Below, piece by piece: positions 10,167 to 20,649 of a DNA stretch of 64,000 nt (positions are counted from its first letter, which is position 1; each line of letters starts with the position of its first letter). Source of the stretch: Candidatus Obscuribacteraceae bacterium (lineage in GTDB: Bacteria; Cyanobacteriota; Vampirovibrionia; Obscuribacterales; Obscuribacteraceae); the NCBI GenBank assembly GCA_044229845.1, contig JBGASG010000002.1, positions 32,001 through 96,000 on the forward strand, read 5' to 3'. A model generated the notes under the pieces. It saw only the letters and a list, made by a program, of their open reading frames with translations, was not told the DNA's origin and did no database searches. A program made the translations under genes and the position numbers.

Positions 10167-11051
10167 ATGAGGTTCGGAGAAGCCTGGCTCCTCAACCTGC
10201 AGAAGTGGCTCGGTCGTCGACCAATCACGGGCGAAATCGACACCGCCGGCAGTGCAAAAGCAACGCGCAAAGGGAGCGCTGTCGGCGGCAGCGGCAAAGC
10301 TCGCTCGTCCGCATCGGCTGGTGCAGAGCCTGGTGAGAAACGTGAAGGGCCTCTGACAATCAAGTGCCCCAACATGCCGACAAAGAAACATATGCAGCAG
10401 CACTCTGTCTGCACATCGCGGCTTCCAGCAATCAGGGACTGCATCAATCTTATGGCAGCTATCAGGCGCGACCTGATGCTTGGTGCAATGAATGTGAATT
10501 GACGCGCCTCAAAGAAGGCGAGTGGAACGAACGCTGCGATGCTTTCGCCGGCTTCAAAATATTGTGCTGTTATTGCTATGACGACCGAATTGCGCTCAAC
10601 GACGGGCTGCAGATCAAGCTGCCGTTTCTCAAAAAATGCATCGACAGCCGCGGCTGGTGCACAGTCCAAGTACTACGGCAACGACAGAACGGTGCCGTCG
10701 GCGTTTTACACGATAGGACTGACAAGCAAATTCGATCATCCGGAGTTGTTTGTCTCTGGTCTGTCGCGCGGGCTGCTCGATCATGTGGTGGAACACTTCG
10801 TCAATCGCATCAGCACCGGTAGCCGCTTTGGCGACGGGCACAAATACTCCGACCTGGTCGGCGACACCGAGTGCTGTTTGCGCGCGGTGCGCCCGGAGCA
10901 CTTTCAACGATACATGCCCGAAGCACTGGAGATACTTGAGTCGGCGTCAACCGCCCTGCAATGCGTCTGTCCCGATGCCAAAAACAAGTATGCCTGGGAT
11001 GAAGGCTTCGCCGAAGACATGCGCAACCGGCAGCCTAATCTGTGGCAATGA
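10167..11051 (+). pseudogene. Cys-rich Zn-finger + DUF4262-like protein split over three ORFs by two compensating frameshifts
   Basis: Frame A ends ...TIKCP. Frame B continues QHADKE..C.H..PDAWCNEC..GEWN..CCYCY..RGWCTVQV. Frame A resumes P.AFYTIGL..FDHPEL.V.GL..YAWD.GF..QP.L. Confidence 0.65.
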
Positions 11052-11085
11052 TTATGCTGCCGCGATAACGCGGCTTGGCGGCCGA

Positions 11086-11467
11086 TTACGCAGCAGCCTC
11101 GGCTTGGGGCGGTGCGCTCGTGGCGAGACTTCTGAGTGCGCGCGCGGCAACATAAGGATTTTCATCGGCGGCAAGTTGCAGCAGTATCACTAATGGTGCA
11201 CCGACATCCTCAGCGATGGCATAACGGACATCGGCATTCTCATCGGTGGCAAGCCGCATGAGCATCGAATTGGTTCGCCGCGGACTGAAGGCAATACTTT
11301 GCCTGACCTCCCCCGCTTTCATCCCACGACAATTTGAAGAGGACGGGCAGCGGCGTATTGGGATGTTCGGCGACGCGGGCGCGCACACGAACATCGGACG
11401 ACTGGGCGAGTTCTTCGAGAAGAGAAGCAGTTACTTCAACGTTTCCTGCCAGCAAATAATCAAACAT
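11086..11467 (-). pseudogene. LRV/HEAT-like repeat protein, frameshifted at a G5 run (11310-11314)
   Basis: Repeats LA.S/D...VR..VA..PN.P continue across the two overlapping ORFs 11240-11467 and 11086-11394. Confidence 0.7.
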
Positions 11468-11525
11468 TTGGAGACACCTCGATCTAGCGCACCGCTACGT
11501 CATGCCCGGCGGTGCGAATGGGAAT

Positions 11526-11560
11526 TGGTTGGGCTGTTGGTTGGGCTGTTGGTTGGGCTA
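11526..11560. repeat. 12-bp tandem repeat (TTGGTTGGGCTG) x3
   Basis: Read directly. Confidence 0.85.
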
Positions 11561-11591
11561 TCGAACTGAACTAATCGAATCGGATAAATCC

Positions 11592-11620
11592 ATAGTAGAC
11601 CGGTCGGTCTAATCTGTCAA
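11592..11620 (-). promoter_or_regulatory. Sigma70 promoter with palindromic operator in the spacer
   Basis: Minus-strand TTGACA-17bp-TACTAT; inverted repeat TAGACCG-GT-CGGTCTA at 11596-11611. Confidence 0.78.
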
Positions 11621-11994
11621 CTGCCCCCTCCTGGGGGTGCCCGTTTCACGAGATTGTCACGTCTCGCATGAGACGATAAACGTCGAGAAATCGCGCCTTT
11701 TCCCTGGGCGAATTCTTTGACCACCACCCCGGTCATACGAACGACCAAATCCTCTCCGGCGCCGCACCCCTTGCGCTCTGGACGGGACGGATCCCTCCAT
11801 TCGGATCCTTAAAAAGCCTGCCCGGCGCTAGAAAAAGCGCTTTTCTGGGCATGATGACTATAACCGGTGCTTCAGTCCGTCGCTGCTTCGCTCCTCACCC
11901 CACCCTGAGCTCGACGCCGCCACGCCAGACCAGTTTTTTACTAACCAGGTCCTTTCCTTTCCGTGCGCCTAGCTATATAGAAGGATGTTTTGAG

Positions 11995-14900
11995 ATGGGT
12001 GACTCCAAGCCACAAGCTGCGGCAGATGATATTCAAACTAAGGTCAAAGCCGACACGCCGCCTGATGACGCGGTTCGGACGCAGATATCGACCGCACTTA
12101 CTACCAACAACGTGACCTCACAATCCGATTTCGCCGCCGTCAGTCAACAACTCGAGGCTAAAGGCGTGTTGCCGTCGATTTTGCTCGATGACAAAGCGCG
12201 CGGGGACCTGATTACCAAATACGGCAAAGACAACGCACTCACTAAAGAAAACCTCCAGGCTGCCGTCAACAACAAAGACGAGTCGCCGTACAACCGCTTG
12301 CTGGCGGAAAGCCTGCTGCGTCGATTTGATCTGGCTAGACAAGAAACAGGCGAGACCGGCAACCGCCTCACCCGCGACGACCTCGCGAAGTGGGCACAGA
12401 AAAACGCCACCGGCACACGCGACCACCTCACCTACGAACAGAACGCACAAACCGGCACCGAGATTGCCACCGACAAAGGCAAAGTGGTGGCAGTCACCGC
12501 CGCCGATGGCTCGGAAACCAGATTTATTCGCGACGGCAACAACAATTTAACCGGCATCGCGGGCCCGAGCGATTCGTACTCGCTGACCACCAGCAATGGT
12601 GGCTACGGGTTCATCAACGACAAGAACCATCGCTTCGGTCCAGGCAATCAGAAAGGCGATGTGATGTCCATGATCGTCACTCCACCGGGAGTCGATGATA
12701 AGACCGGCGAGTTCAAGTATGAAGTAAACCGCGGTCCAGGAACGGACAAGCTCGTCGTCACCCACAACAAAGACAATTCGGAAGTCGCCGTCGACTCGCA
12801 AGGAAGAGTGCAGAGCGTGCTCTATCCGGACGGCAGAACCATGGTGTTCGAATACGGCAGCGATCCGACTAAACCAACCAAGATTATCGAATCCAGCCCG
12901 AACCACGATAACAAGCCGATCACCTACACACCGGGCGAACCCGGCAAACCATGGACCGCAACGCCGGCTGACGGTGCTCGCCAGATAATCGATCCGGTCA
13001 TGGGCAAGGGCGCCGACGTCGGCGTGCTTACCTATAAAGATGCCGCCGGCGTCGAGCACAAACTGTCTCTCAACGGCAAAGACTCCGGAGCACCGGCGCC
13101 TGTTGAAACAGTTCCGCTGAGAGCCACCGAAGCTACAAAGATTCCGCCGGAAGGCGTTAAGCTTCCGTCGGGCGACACTATAAAAGTCACCACAGTCAAG
13201 GTCAATGGAGAAGATCAGGTCGCCACGCTGACTCGCACCAACGTCAACGGCGAAACCGAAACACTCACACGCAACGACGACGGCAGCTACAGCATTCAAC
13301 GCAAAAATAAAGATGGTGGCACTTCGAACGAGAAGGCAACCAGCCTGACAGTCAGTGCGAACGGCGAGTACTCGTACACAACAGAATCCGGCGCCATCAT
13401 CAAGCAAAGTGCCAACGGCACCAGAGAAATCACGGATTCCCAGGGCAAGGGCGGCAAGACTGTTCTGACCTTCAACGAAAAGGGCGAAGCGACCAGCATC
13501 GTTCACACCGGCAAAGGCGGACCAAGTGAAACGCTGACTCGCGGCACCAACGGCGAATGGCAGATTCAGAGCCCGACAGCCGGCGGCAAAGTCGACAACG
13601 TCAAGGTCAACGCCGACGGATCCTACAGCTACACCAAGGGCAACGGCGTCACCGTCACCCAGGAAACCACACGCAACGTCCGCGAAGAGAAAGCGGCGGA
13701 CGGCAGCTCCATTCGCACCGGCTTCGATAAGGACGGCAATCTGGAGTTCATGCAGCGCAACATCACCCTCATGGAGGGTAATCCACCCAAGGCTGCGAAC
13801 CATAACGAAGTGGTGAAGAAAGGTCCGGATGGTCAATTGATGATCGAGCGCGACGGACAGAAAGTCGACGCCAAGGACATCAAAGTCTACCCGACCGGCG
13901 GCTATGAATACACGCGCGCAGATGGTGCCCGCATCTATCAAGATGCCACCACTCGCCGCGAAACCCTGGCCGACAAGTCGGTGAGCACGTTCACAACCAA
14001 CGCCGACGGCTCGCACACCAATAAATGGGAAGGCGCCAACGGCGACACATCCACCATCAAACTCAACAAAGACGGCAATGTCGTCGGCGTCGAGAACTAC
14101 TTCAAAGAAGGAAACCGCAAAGAAACTATCGTCCTCGATGGCTCCGGCAAGCCGCAGCTGACAGTGACGGCCGACGGCAAGCCGGTGGAAGTGAAGAACT
14201 TCGCGCCCTTCCCCGATGGACGGTACATGTACGACGTGCCGATGGCCGACGGCAAGATGCGTCACATCGATCAAGAACCGAACGGGCATCGCGTCGAATT
14301 CACAACCTCCGACTACAAAGTTGTGCAGGGCGACACGCTACAGAGACTGGCGGAAAGAAACAAGGTCACGGTCGAAGATATCTTGATGGCCAACGTCGGC
14401 AATCAGGCGCTGATCGACAGACTGAAGGCTAACAACGGCGCGCTGCAACCCGGCGAAACGATTCGCATGCCCAGCGACAAGGTGGAAAGACCTGCGCGCG
14501 CCGGCGGCGCCGGCGACCTGCCCGACACGCCACTCAATCGCAAACTGGCAGAGTACGACAACCAGCCGCAAATCGACAAGCTGCAGCGCGGAGAGACGCT
14601 CTATGCATTCGCGCAGCGCCACCTCGGCAAGAATGCCACCAACAAGGAAATCTATACCTGGCTCAACGAAGTTATGAAGGCCAGCGGTTTCCCTGATGCC
14701 AAACTCGATCCCAACAAGACCAGCTACACGCCTAAAGATCTGCCGCGCGCTTGGAACAGCATTTCGTACAAAACCGAATTGCATCTCCACGGTGATGAGG
14801 CCAATCAACACCGCGAGCGCGAACGCATCGCCACCTCGATGGTACCGGATGCGGTGAGCCGCATTCCGGGCATGACCGATGAAGTTCGAGCCGACCTGAG

Positions 14901-15108
14901 TAAGAAACTCGGACACCCGGTGACAGACCGAGACATGCAGGCTCTTGTGGACAACAAGCTGATCACTGCGGAACAAAAGGCTGCCTTCGAGAAAGCTCGC
15001 GACGACGAAATCGCCGCAGCCAAAGAACAGGTGAAGAAGTACGAGCAAGCCCGCGCCGCCCGTAAAGCTGGACCGCCGGCACGTCGCGACTTCTACGGCT
15101 ACAACTAA
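11995..15108 (+). CDS. Large YD/RHS-like beta-repeat protein with C-terminal LysM and LysM-like domains
   Basis: DSQGRVQSVLYPDGRTMVFEY and many N/D.DG turns; YKVVQGDTLQRLAERNKVTVEDIL..N..LQPGETIRMP; LQRGETLYAFAQRHLG. Confidence 0.8.
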   Translation: MGDSKPQAAADDIQTKVKADTPPDDAVRTQISTALTTNNVTSQSDFAAVSQQLEAKGVLPSILLDDKARGDLITKYGKDNALTKENLQAAVNNKDESPYNRLLAESLLRRFDLARQETGETGNRLTRDDLAKWAQKNATGTRDHLTYEQNAQTGTEIATDKGKVVAVTAADGSETRFIRDGNNNLTGIAGPSDSYSLTTSNGGYGFINDKNHRFGPGNQKGDVMSMIVTPPGVDDKTGEFKYEVNRGPGTDKLVVTHNKDNSEVAVDSQGRVQSVLYPDGRTMVFEYGSDPTKPTKIIESSPNHDNKPITYTPGEPGKPWTATPADGARQIIDPVMGKGADVGVLTYKDAAGVEHKLSLNGKDSGAPAPVETVPLRATEATKIPPEGVKLPSGDTIKVTTVKVNGEDQVATLTRTNVNGETETLTRNDDGSYSIQRKNKDGGTSNEKATSLTVSANGEYSYTTESGAIIKQSANGTREITDSQGKGGKTVLTFNEKGEATSIVHTGKGGPSETLTRGTNGEWQIQSPTAGGKVDNVKVNADGSYSYTKGNGVTVTQETTRNVREEKAADGSSIRTGFDKDGNLEFMQRNITLMEGNPPKAANHNEVVKKGPDGQLMIERDGQKVDAKDIKVYPTGGYEYTRADGARIYQDATTRRETLADKSVSTFTTNADGSHTNKWEGANGDTSTIKLNKDGNVVGVENYFKEGNRKETIVLDGSGKPQLTVTADGKPVEVKNFAPFPDGRYMYDVPMADGKMRHIDQEPNGHRVEFTTSDYKVVQGDTLQRLAERNKVTVEDILMANVGNQALIDRLKANNGALQPGETIRMPSDKVERPARAGGAGDLPDTPLNRKLAEYDNQPQIDKLQRGETLYAFAQRHLGKNATNKEIYTWLNEVMKASGFPDAKLDPNKTSYTPKDLPRAWNSISYKTELHLHGDEANQHRERERIATSMVPDAVSRIPGMTDEVRADLSKKLGHPVTDRDMQALVDNKLITAEQKAAFEKARDDEIAAAKEQVKKYEQARAARKAGPPARRDFYGYN

Positions 15109-16461
15109 CTAACTGGGTTTGCCGAGTTGTTTGGCGAGCACTTCCACAGCTTTGTTCAGCTGCGCGTCTTTGCCCTCTCGGGGCGAATGCTTAACGGCCG
15201 AACCGGTGGTGTCAATCCACCACGGTCCGCGTCCGTTCTGGTAGTCGTCGTGCTTGAGCGTGACCGCATACTCGGGAACGATGCCGGTCTTATGTATATC
15301 GATGTCGGCTGGGGTCAAATAGCGCGCCACCGTGACGTTGATGCTGGACCCGTCGCCGAGCGCATTGATTGCCTGCACCAGTCCCTTGCCGAAAGACTTG
15401 GCACCGACCAGCTTGGCGCGGTGATTGTCGCGCAGGCAGCCGCTCAATATTTCGCTGGCACTCGCTGATCCTTCGTTGATGAGAATCACCAGGGGTAGTG
15501 TCACACACGGATCTTTGGGTTTGGCGATCTGCGAAATTTTGTAGTCGCCGTTGTCGACAGTGCTGACGATCACACCATGATCGATAAACATGTTTGCCAT
15601 ATTGATCGCATTGGACAGCAATCCACCAGGGTTGCCGCGCAAGTCGAGAATGACGCCTTCGGCGCCTTCGCTCTCCACCTTAGCCAACGCGGATCGCACC
15701 TCTTTGCTGGCACGTTCAGACATGAACGTGTCCAGCCTGATGTAACCAAACTTGCCGCTGTTGCCGCCGAAATTCAACACCTCGACGGTCGAGACTGCTT
15801 TGATAGCAATATCGGCTCGCGTCAGCTCTATATAATGTTTCTTCCCAGCCCGTGCATAGCTGACTTTTACGACGGTGCCCACCTCGCCGCGAATCTGTTT
15901 GACGATTTGATCGAGCGCCAGTCCTTTAATCGGTTTCCCGTCCACTTCGAGAATCTCATCGCCTGATTGAATCCCGGCTTTCTGCGCAGGACTGTCTTCG
16001 ATCGGCGCGATCACGACAATGCGCTGATCTTTAATGATGCCCAGCTGCATGCCAACGCCGGCGAGGCTGGCTTTGATGTGCGATTTCTCGTCGTCGAATG
16101 CTTCTTTGTCCAGAAAGCGTGTGTACGGATCGCCCAGGCTGGCCAGCATCGTCTGAATCGCCTTGTGCGCGTCGTCATCGGAGCGCAGCTTGTCGTCATA
16201 TCTGTGCCTCCAGCGGCTCCAGTCCTGGGACGCGGGCGGCGTACTATATGACTCCAAATAGAAGTTTTCCTTGATCAGCGTCCAGGCTCTGTCATAGACC
16301 TGCTGAGGAGTGAGGCGCTCGTCCGCAGCAGCAGCAGACTTGTCATCAGCATACGCGGACAACGCAGAAAGCGCGGGCACACCGGCGGCGGCAGCGCTGA
16401 CTGCGACAACGCCAATTACTGACGCCGCAGACATCCTTCGGGATTTCCAGAACCGTGCCAA
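15109..16461 (-). CDS. S41 carboxy-terminal processing protease (CtpA/Prc-like) with PDZ domain
   Basis: LGDPYTRFL, PDZ GVGMQL, LDLRGNPGG, SASASEI and SFGKG. Confidence 0.95.
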   Translation of the reverse strand: MARFWKSRRMSAASVIGVVAVSAAAAGVPALSALSAYADDKSAAAADERLTPQQVYDRAWTLIKENFYLESYSTPPASQDWSRWRHRYDDKLRSDDDAHKAIQTMLASLGDPYTRFLDKEAFDDEKSHIKASLAGVGMQLGIIKDQRIVVIAPIEDSPAQKAGIQSGDEILEVDGKPIKGLALDQIVKQIRGEVGTVVKVSYARAGKKHYIELTRADIAIKAVSTVEVLNFGGNSGKFGYIRLDTFMSERASKEVRSALAKVESEGAEGVILDLRGNPGGLLSNAINMANMFIDHGVIVSTVDNGDYKISQIAKPKDPCVTLPLVILINEGSASASEILSGCLRDNHRAKLVGAKSFGKGLVQAINALGDGSSINVTVARYLTPADIDIHKTGIVPEYAVTLKHDDYQNGRGPWWIDTTGSAVKHSPREGKDAQLNKAVEVLAKQLGKPS

Positions 16462-16503
16462 CCTGCCTGAGACCTCGTCGGGGCGCCGCGACGCTTGGCA
16501 ATT

Positions 16504-16794
16504 TTACCAGACCGGCGCCCCGATTGAGATCGGACTTTTCTGCGGCTCGATGCGCTCAGTGCGCCTGTACTGCCAGGTAATCTTCCAGTCGAACGAGCCT
16601 CCAACCCCGCCGGCACCGTTTGTCATGACGGAGAACGTAGTGCCACCAGGGTAGCCATTAACCTGGTCACCGCCGGCAGTGACATCGCCGAGAAACGGCG
16701 TCGGATCTGCCAGTGCGGCAAATGTCTGGCTAAGGCGTTGCCAGTATGTGCCGACGATTGAACTTTTTTCGAGCTCGCGACGTATACCGATCAT
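16504..16794 (-). CDS. Short ORF, possibly the 3' remnant of a truncated gene
   Basis: Protein-like composition; it fills the gap and ends just upstream of the S41 gene; no clear RBS. Confidence 0.3.
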   Translation of the reverse strand: MIGIRRELEKSSIVGTYWQRLSQTFAALADPTPFLGDVTAGGDQVNGYPGGTTFSVMTNGAGGVGGSFDWKITWQYRRTERIEPQKSPISIGAPVW

Positions 16795-16853
16795 CAGGTC
16801 ATCTCGAACCTGAAAGCAACATCCCCGGGTTTTTTCAGTTGGAGGACAGGTCT

Positions 16854-18368
16854 ATGCCAACCACCAGTCAAATAACACCATGGATTCCCGAAGATCAGCC
16901 CCTTGTCTTGCAAAGCGGACCGCATCTGGATCTTTCCGTTTTGTGCGACTACTTCAAAAAAGAGTACGTCGATAAGTCTCAATTCGAAGATGACAGAGAG
17001 TACAACGAACATCTATATAAGATGTCCAATCTGGTGAAACGCATGCTGAATGACAGTAGTCGCGACGAACGGCTGAAAACCGCGCGAGCGATTCTGCAGA
17101 TCGAGCCGCAGTGCGGTCTGGCATTTACTGTCCTGGCGCGCGAAGGTGCCACCAGTCACGAAGATGCCAGTAAATACTATCAGAATGCCGTCGGATTTCT
17201 GCGTCAAGAACATCTCATACGAAGCGGCGACTTCAATCCACCATCCGACACCTTTGAACCGGTCGGCGCTTTCATCCACGACGAAAAACTGGTGGCACTC
17301 GTGAGCGCTGAATGCGCCCGCTGGTTGCGCGGCGAAGGTGCGCTGTCGGAGGCACAAGCAGTGCTCAATAAAGTATCTCAACTGAGCGCTGATCCAAATG
17401 ACGCCTTCATCACTCTCTACTCCTGGCACATACAAGCAGGACGACTGAAGGAGGCGCGAGCGCTTGTCGACAGCACGCTGAGCAATCACCCCCGCTGGTA
17501 TTACTTGCACGCGTTCACCCTATATAAGGAATCAGGCAACACCGTCATTTCGCGATCGGCGATGCGTCACGCATGCCACCTCGACGATTTGATAGCGCAC
17601 GCTCTGCTGGGTGACAATCTCTTCCGCATCTCTCGCTACCGCATTGGCGCGACGGAAGAACAGTGCAACGAGGCGACGGCATTTGCAGCGGCACTGCAGG
17701 AGGTGTCGTACGCCACTCCCGGGCTGCGCCAGTTTCTCATTGATTCGGTGTGCAAAAGCGTGCCGTCGTTCGCCATCATCACTGAACTTCCTCGGCAGTC
17801 GCTGTCGGCCGCCAATTTGACAACACCCACCGACGCGATCAGGTTTAAGCGTTGGAAAGACAATCTCGAACTGGTCGACAAATGCCGAGGTCACGAGAAG
17901 CTCTGGAAGAAACATCTCAAATCCGGCATCAAAGAAGCGGAACGCTTTCCGATCGAATGCTGGGAGTTCTATGCGACCTTGCGTTTCGCTGCCATGAATC
18001 GTGACTTGAGCGGTTATTCCAAACGGGACATTCTCGATATGTGCCAACGTCGGTTGGACAAAGTCGACGGCACGCGCACTCAAAGAAACGCGGCGGTGGT
18101 CTACTTCGAATCTGCATGTCTTTTCGATCAACTTATGGAGTATGAGAAGTCCGAAGAGTTGTTTGCCAAATCAATCTCGGCACTCGACTCGCATCACATT
18201 CTGGATCCCGCTGACTCCGACCTGTTTCTCAAAAGACTGATCCTCTACAAGTGGGCCCACTCCTACACGCACAACTCGCAGAAAGTAAAGGCGGCACCAT
18301 TGTTCGATCAGGTGCGGTCGCTCGGACGCAGTTATCTCGGCGATGAGGAGCGAGAGCCGACTCTCTGA
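16854..18368 (+). CDS. TPR-like alpha-helical hypothetical protein
   Basis: RBS GGAGG before ATG 16854; TPR-like helices such as AAVVYFESACLFDQLMEYEKSEELFAKSI. Confidence 0.7.
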   Translation: MPTTSQITPWIPEDQPLVLQSGPHLDLSVLCDYFKKEYVDKSQFEDDREYNEHLYKMSNLVKRMLNDSSRDERLKTARAILQIEPQCGLAFTVLAREGATSHEDASKYYQNAVGFLRQEHLIRSGDFNPPSDTFEPVGAFIHDEKLVALVSAECARWLRGEGALSEAQAVLNKVSQLSADPNDAFITLYSWHIQAGRLKEARALVDSTLSNHPRWYYLHAFTLYKESGNTVISRSAMRHACHLDDLIAHALLGDNLFRISRYRIGATEEQCNEATAFAAALQEVSYATPGLRQFLIDSVCKSVPSFAIITELPRQSLSAANLTTPTDAIRFKRWKDNLELVDKCRGHEKLWKKHLKSGIKEAERFPIECWEFYATLRFAAMNRDLSGYSKRDILDMCQRRLDKVDGTRTQRNAAVVYFESACLFDQLMEYEKSEELFAKSISALDSHHILDPADSDLFLKRLILYKWAHSYTHNSQKVKAAPLFDQVRSLGRSYLGDEEREPTL

Positions 18369-18494
18369 GAAGTTCGGTTTCACGAATTTTCCACAGACAT
18401 GCCATAACCTACGGATACCCCACCTGCATAGTTACTACGTACGCCTGTGATTTGCTTGGCGGCCTGCACGGCGTAGATATGGTGGGGTATCCCT

Positions 18495-20558
18495 ATGGCA
18501 GAGGTAGATACCGGCTCAAGGCCGGCCGTCCACAGAGAAGATGAACGCGTCCCAACATGGAACGAGTTCCGCGACACATCTCCTGCAAAAGCATTTTTCG
18601 ATGACACCTATAATGATGCGTTCCGTGCGTTGCTGAGGATCGCGCAGTCGAACATCACCTCGTCTGTAGGAAACCTGAACGAGCTGCACATCGGCGATTT
18701 CCTCAACGCGATGGCACCGCCGCAGACAGGCGACCCGCAGCATTTCGGCAATCCTCAGCAAGAACGAGAGCCCAACGACCCGGTACGCGACGGTCGCCCG
18801 ACGCATCCGAGTGAGCCACCGACAGGTCCCGGCGACACGCAGACGAATCCGCCCGGCCCGCAGACAACTCCGCCCGATGCGCCACCCGACGCGCCCATAA
18901 AGCCACCCGTCGCAGGCGATACAAACGATCGCCCCGGAACATCGACCGATGCGCCGGGGCAACCTGGCGCCTGCACCGTTCCCTATGACGGACCTCTTGA
19001 TCTGCGTCCCGATATCCTGCTGCAACGCATGATCCAGAACAACCGCAACGCTTCCCAATCGTTTGAGTACAACATCCATTCGCAAGGGTTCATCGGCACC
19101 ACTTTTGATTGGCTCAAGAACAACCTGGGCTCCAGCGGACAAGACCGCAGTTGGTACAACCCGCTGCGCTGGTGGTCGAACATTCTCGACTACGATTCGG
19201 GTTCGGATGCAACGCGAGAGCGCATCCGGCAAGAACGCGAAGCTCTTGATCGGGCGCAAACCAATTTGCAACACTGCGATATGCCCGGTTTCCAAAGAGA
19301 GATGGAGCCGATCACGATCGTCACACCGCAAGGCTATGTCTTCTCTCGCAGCATGCAAGACGCGCAACGCTACGATCAATCTCAGCAGCGCGGTGTCGAT
19401 GTGATAACAGATCTGGCGGTCATCGGCGCCATGCTGGCAACGCGCGGAGCCGGCGGCATCCCCGGACAGATGTTGCTCGCCGCCGTCGTCAAGGGAGGGC
19501 TCAAATATCTCGATGGACGCTACTTCTCACCGTCTGATCCATTCGCTGGTGCAGCGTTGATCGGCGGCATGGGAATTGGTCGACTGGCAGGCAATGCCAT
19601 CTCCGGATTGATCGGTCGACTCGGCGGTAGCGTAGGAGCGGGTCCGACCACCACCGCCATCCTTGCCAATCTGCTTGGATTCGGAACGGAAGGCGCCGTC
19701 GCCGGCGGCACGTACAACGGTGTTTCGACTTTCGGCAGCCTGTTCTTCGACTTCCGCAACTACACACCACTGCCGGAAATATTGCAGCGCTCAGCGGCTG
19801 CCACCGTTGACGGTGCCATGTGGGGATACATGTTGGGCTTCGTCACAAGTGCCGGTCTCCAGACACTTCGTGCGTTGACTCCGAGAGGAACGCCGACCCC
19901 GTTCAACATGGAACGCCCGGTCCTCGGTCAAACTGCAACGGAAACCAACATGGAGCTGCGGCGCATCCTCGGCATCCAAGACCCGGCATTGATGCGGACC
20001 GAGCTCAATACGTTTCTTCAACGGCGTGGTATGCCACCAATCAGCGATATCGAAATCGGACAACTCGGCGCCGGCACCGCAGGCATTTACTATCCCTACT
20101 CGAACTCAGTCGGTCTTAGCCGATTCTATCGCAACGCTGAAGTCCTCGGTCACGAATTGACGCACCACGAGCAGAACTACCTGCGCTTCAGGTTGCAGGC
20201 AGATGCAATGAATCTCGGTCCGACTGCGACGCAACAGCAAATGATCGACCTGTCGAGACGGCTGGGCATCGGCGTTGACGCCATTGAAGAGATGATGCGC
20301 GCGCGCAACGGCGTGCGTATGACGCCGGCGGAAGCCGCTCGCGCTCAGAGACTTCAACTGGCTGAGGAACGATATCCGACCAACGACTGGTATGGATTCA
20401 ACCCGAGGTACTGGTGGAATTTCATGGAACGCGAGGCCCGCCGTGTCGAGCGCATCATGCGCGCCTCTGCACCATATGGCGACCTGGCTGCGCGCGCCCT
20501 GACCTTCGGCATGGTGCAACATATCCGCTGGCGCGACCGCGAAACCCCGCGGCGCTGA
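18495..20558 (+). CDS. Toxin-like protein: Pro-rich linker, Gly/Ala hydrophobic helices, C-terminal zincin metallopeptidase
   Basis: AGIYYP..N.V.L, VLGHELTHHEQ (HExxH) and Y..NFMEREAR; no signal peptide. Confidence 0.75.
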   Translation: MAEVDTGSRPAVHREDERVPTWNEFRDTSPAKAFFDDTYNDAFRALLRIAQSNITSSVGNLNELHIGDFLNAMAPPQTGDPQHFGNPQQEREPNDPVRDGRPTHPSEPPTGPGDTQTNPPGPQTTPPDAPPDAPIKPPVAGDTNDRPGTSTDAPGQPGACTVPYDGPLDLRPDILLQRMIQNNRNASQSFEYNIHSQGFIGTTFDWLKNNLGSSGQDRSWYNPLRWWSNILDYDSGSDATRERIRQEREALDRAQTNLQHCDMPGFQREMEPITIVTPQGYVFSRSMQDAQRYDQSQQRGVDVITDLAVIGAMLATRGAGGIPGQMLLAAVVKGGLKYLDGRYFSPSDPFAGAALIGGMGIGRLAGNAISGLIGRLGGSVGAGPTTTAILANLLGFGTEGAVAGGTYNGVSTFGSLFFDFRNYTPLPEILQRSAAATVDGAMWGYMLGFVTSAGLQTLRALTPRGTPTPFNMERPVLGQTATETNMELRRILGIQDPALMRTELNTFLQRRGMPPISDIEIGQLGAGTAGIYYPYSNSVGLSRFYRNAEVLGHELTHHEQNYLRFRLQADAMNLGPTATQQQMIDLSRRLGIGVDAIEEMMRARNGVRMTPAEAARAQRLQLAEERYPTNDWYGFNPRYWWNFMEREARRVERIMRASAPYGDLAARALTFGMVQHIRWRDRETPRR

Positions 20559-20649
20559 AACATACACAAATTGTTCACGAGTCTGTCCGAACTAATTCGG
20601 GTGTCTGCTGATACATTGCCGGCATTACCAGCAGTTGACTCGTTGTTTC

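Noticed and set aside
12547..14289. 580-aa antisense ORF, and similar long shadow ORFs such as 50907-52343 and 60283-61326
   Set aside because: They lie opposite well-supported genes and are explained by codon bias; they contain no motifs.
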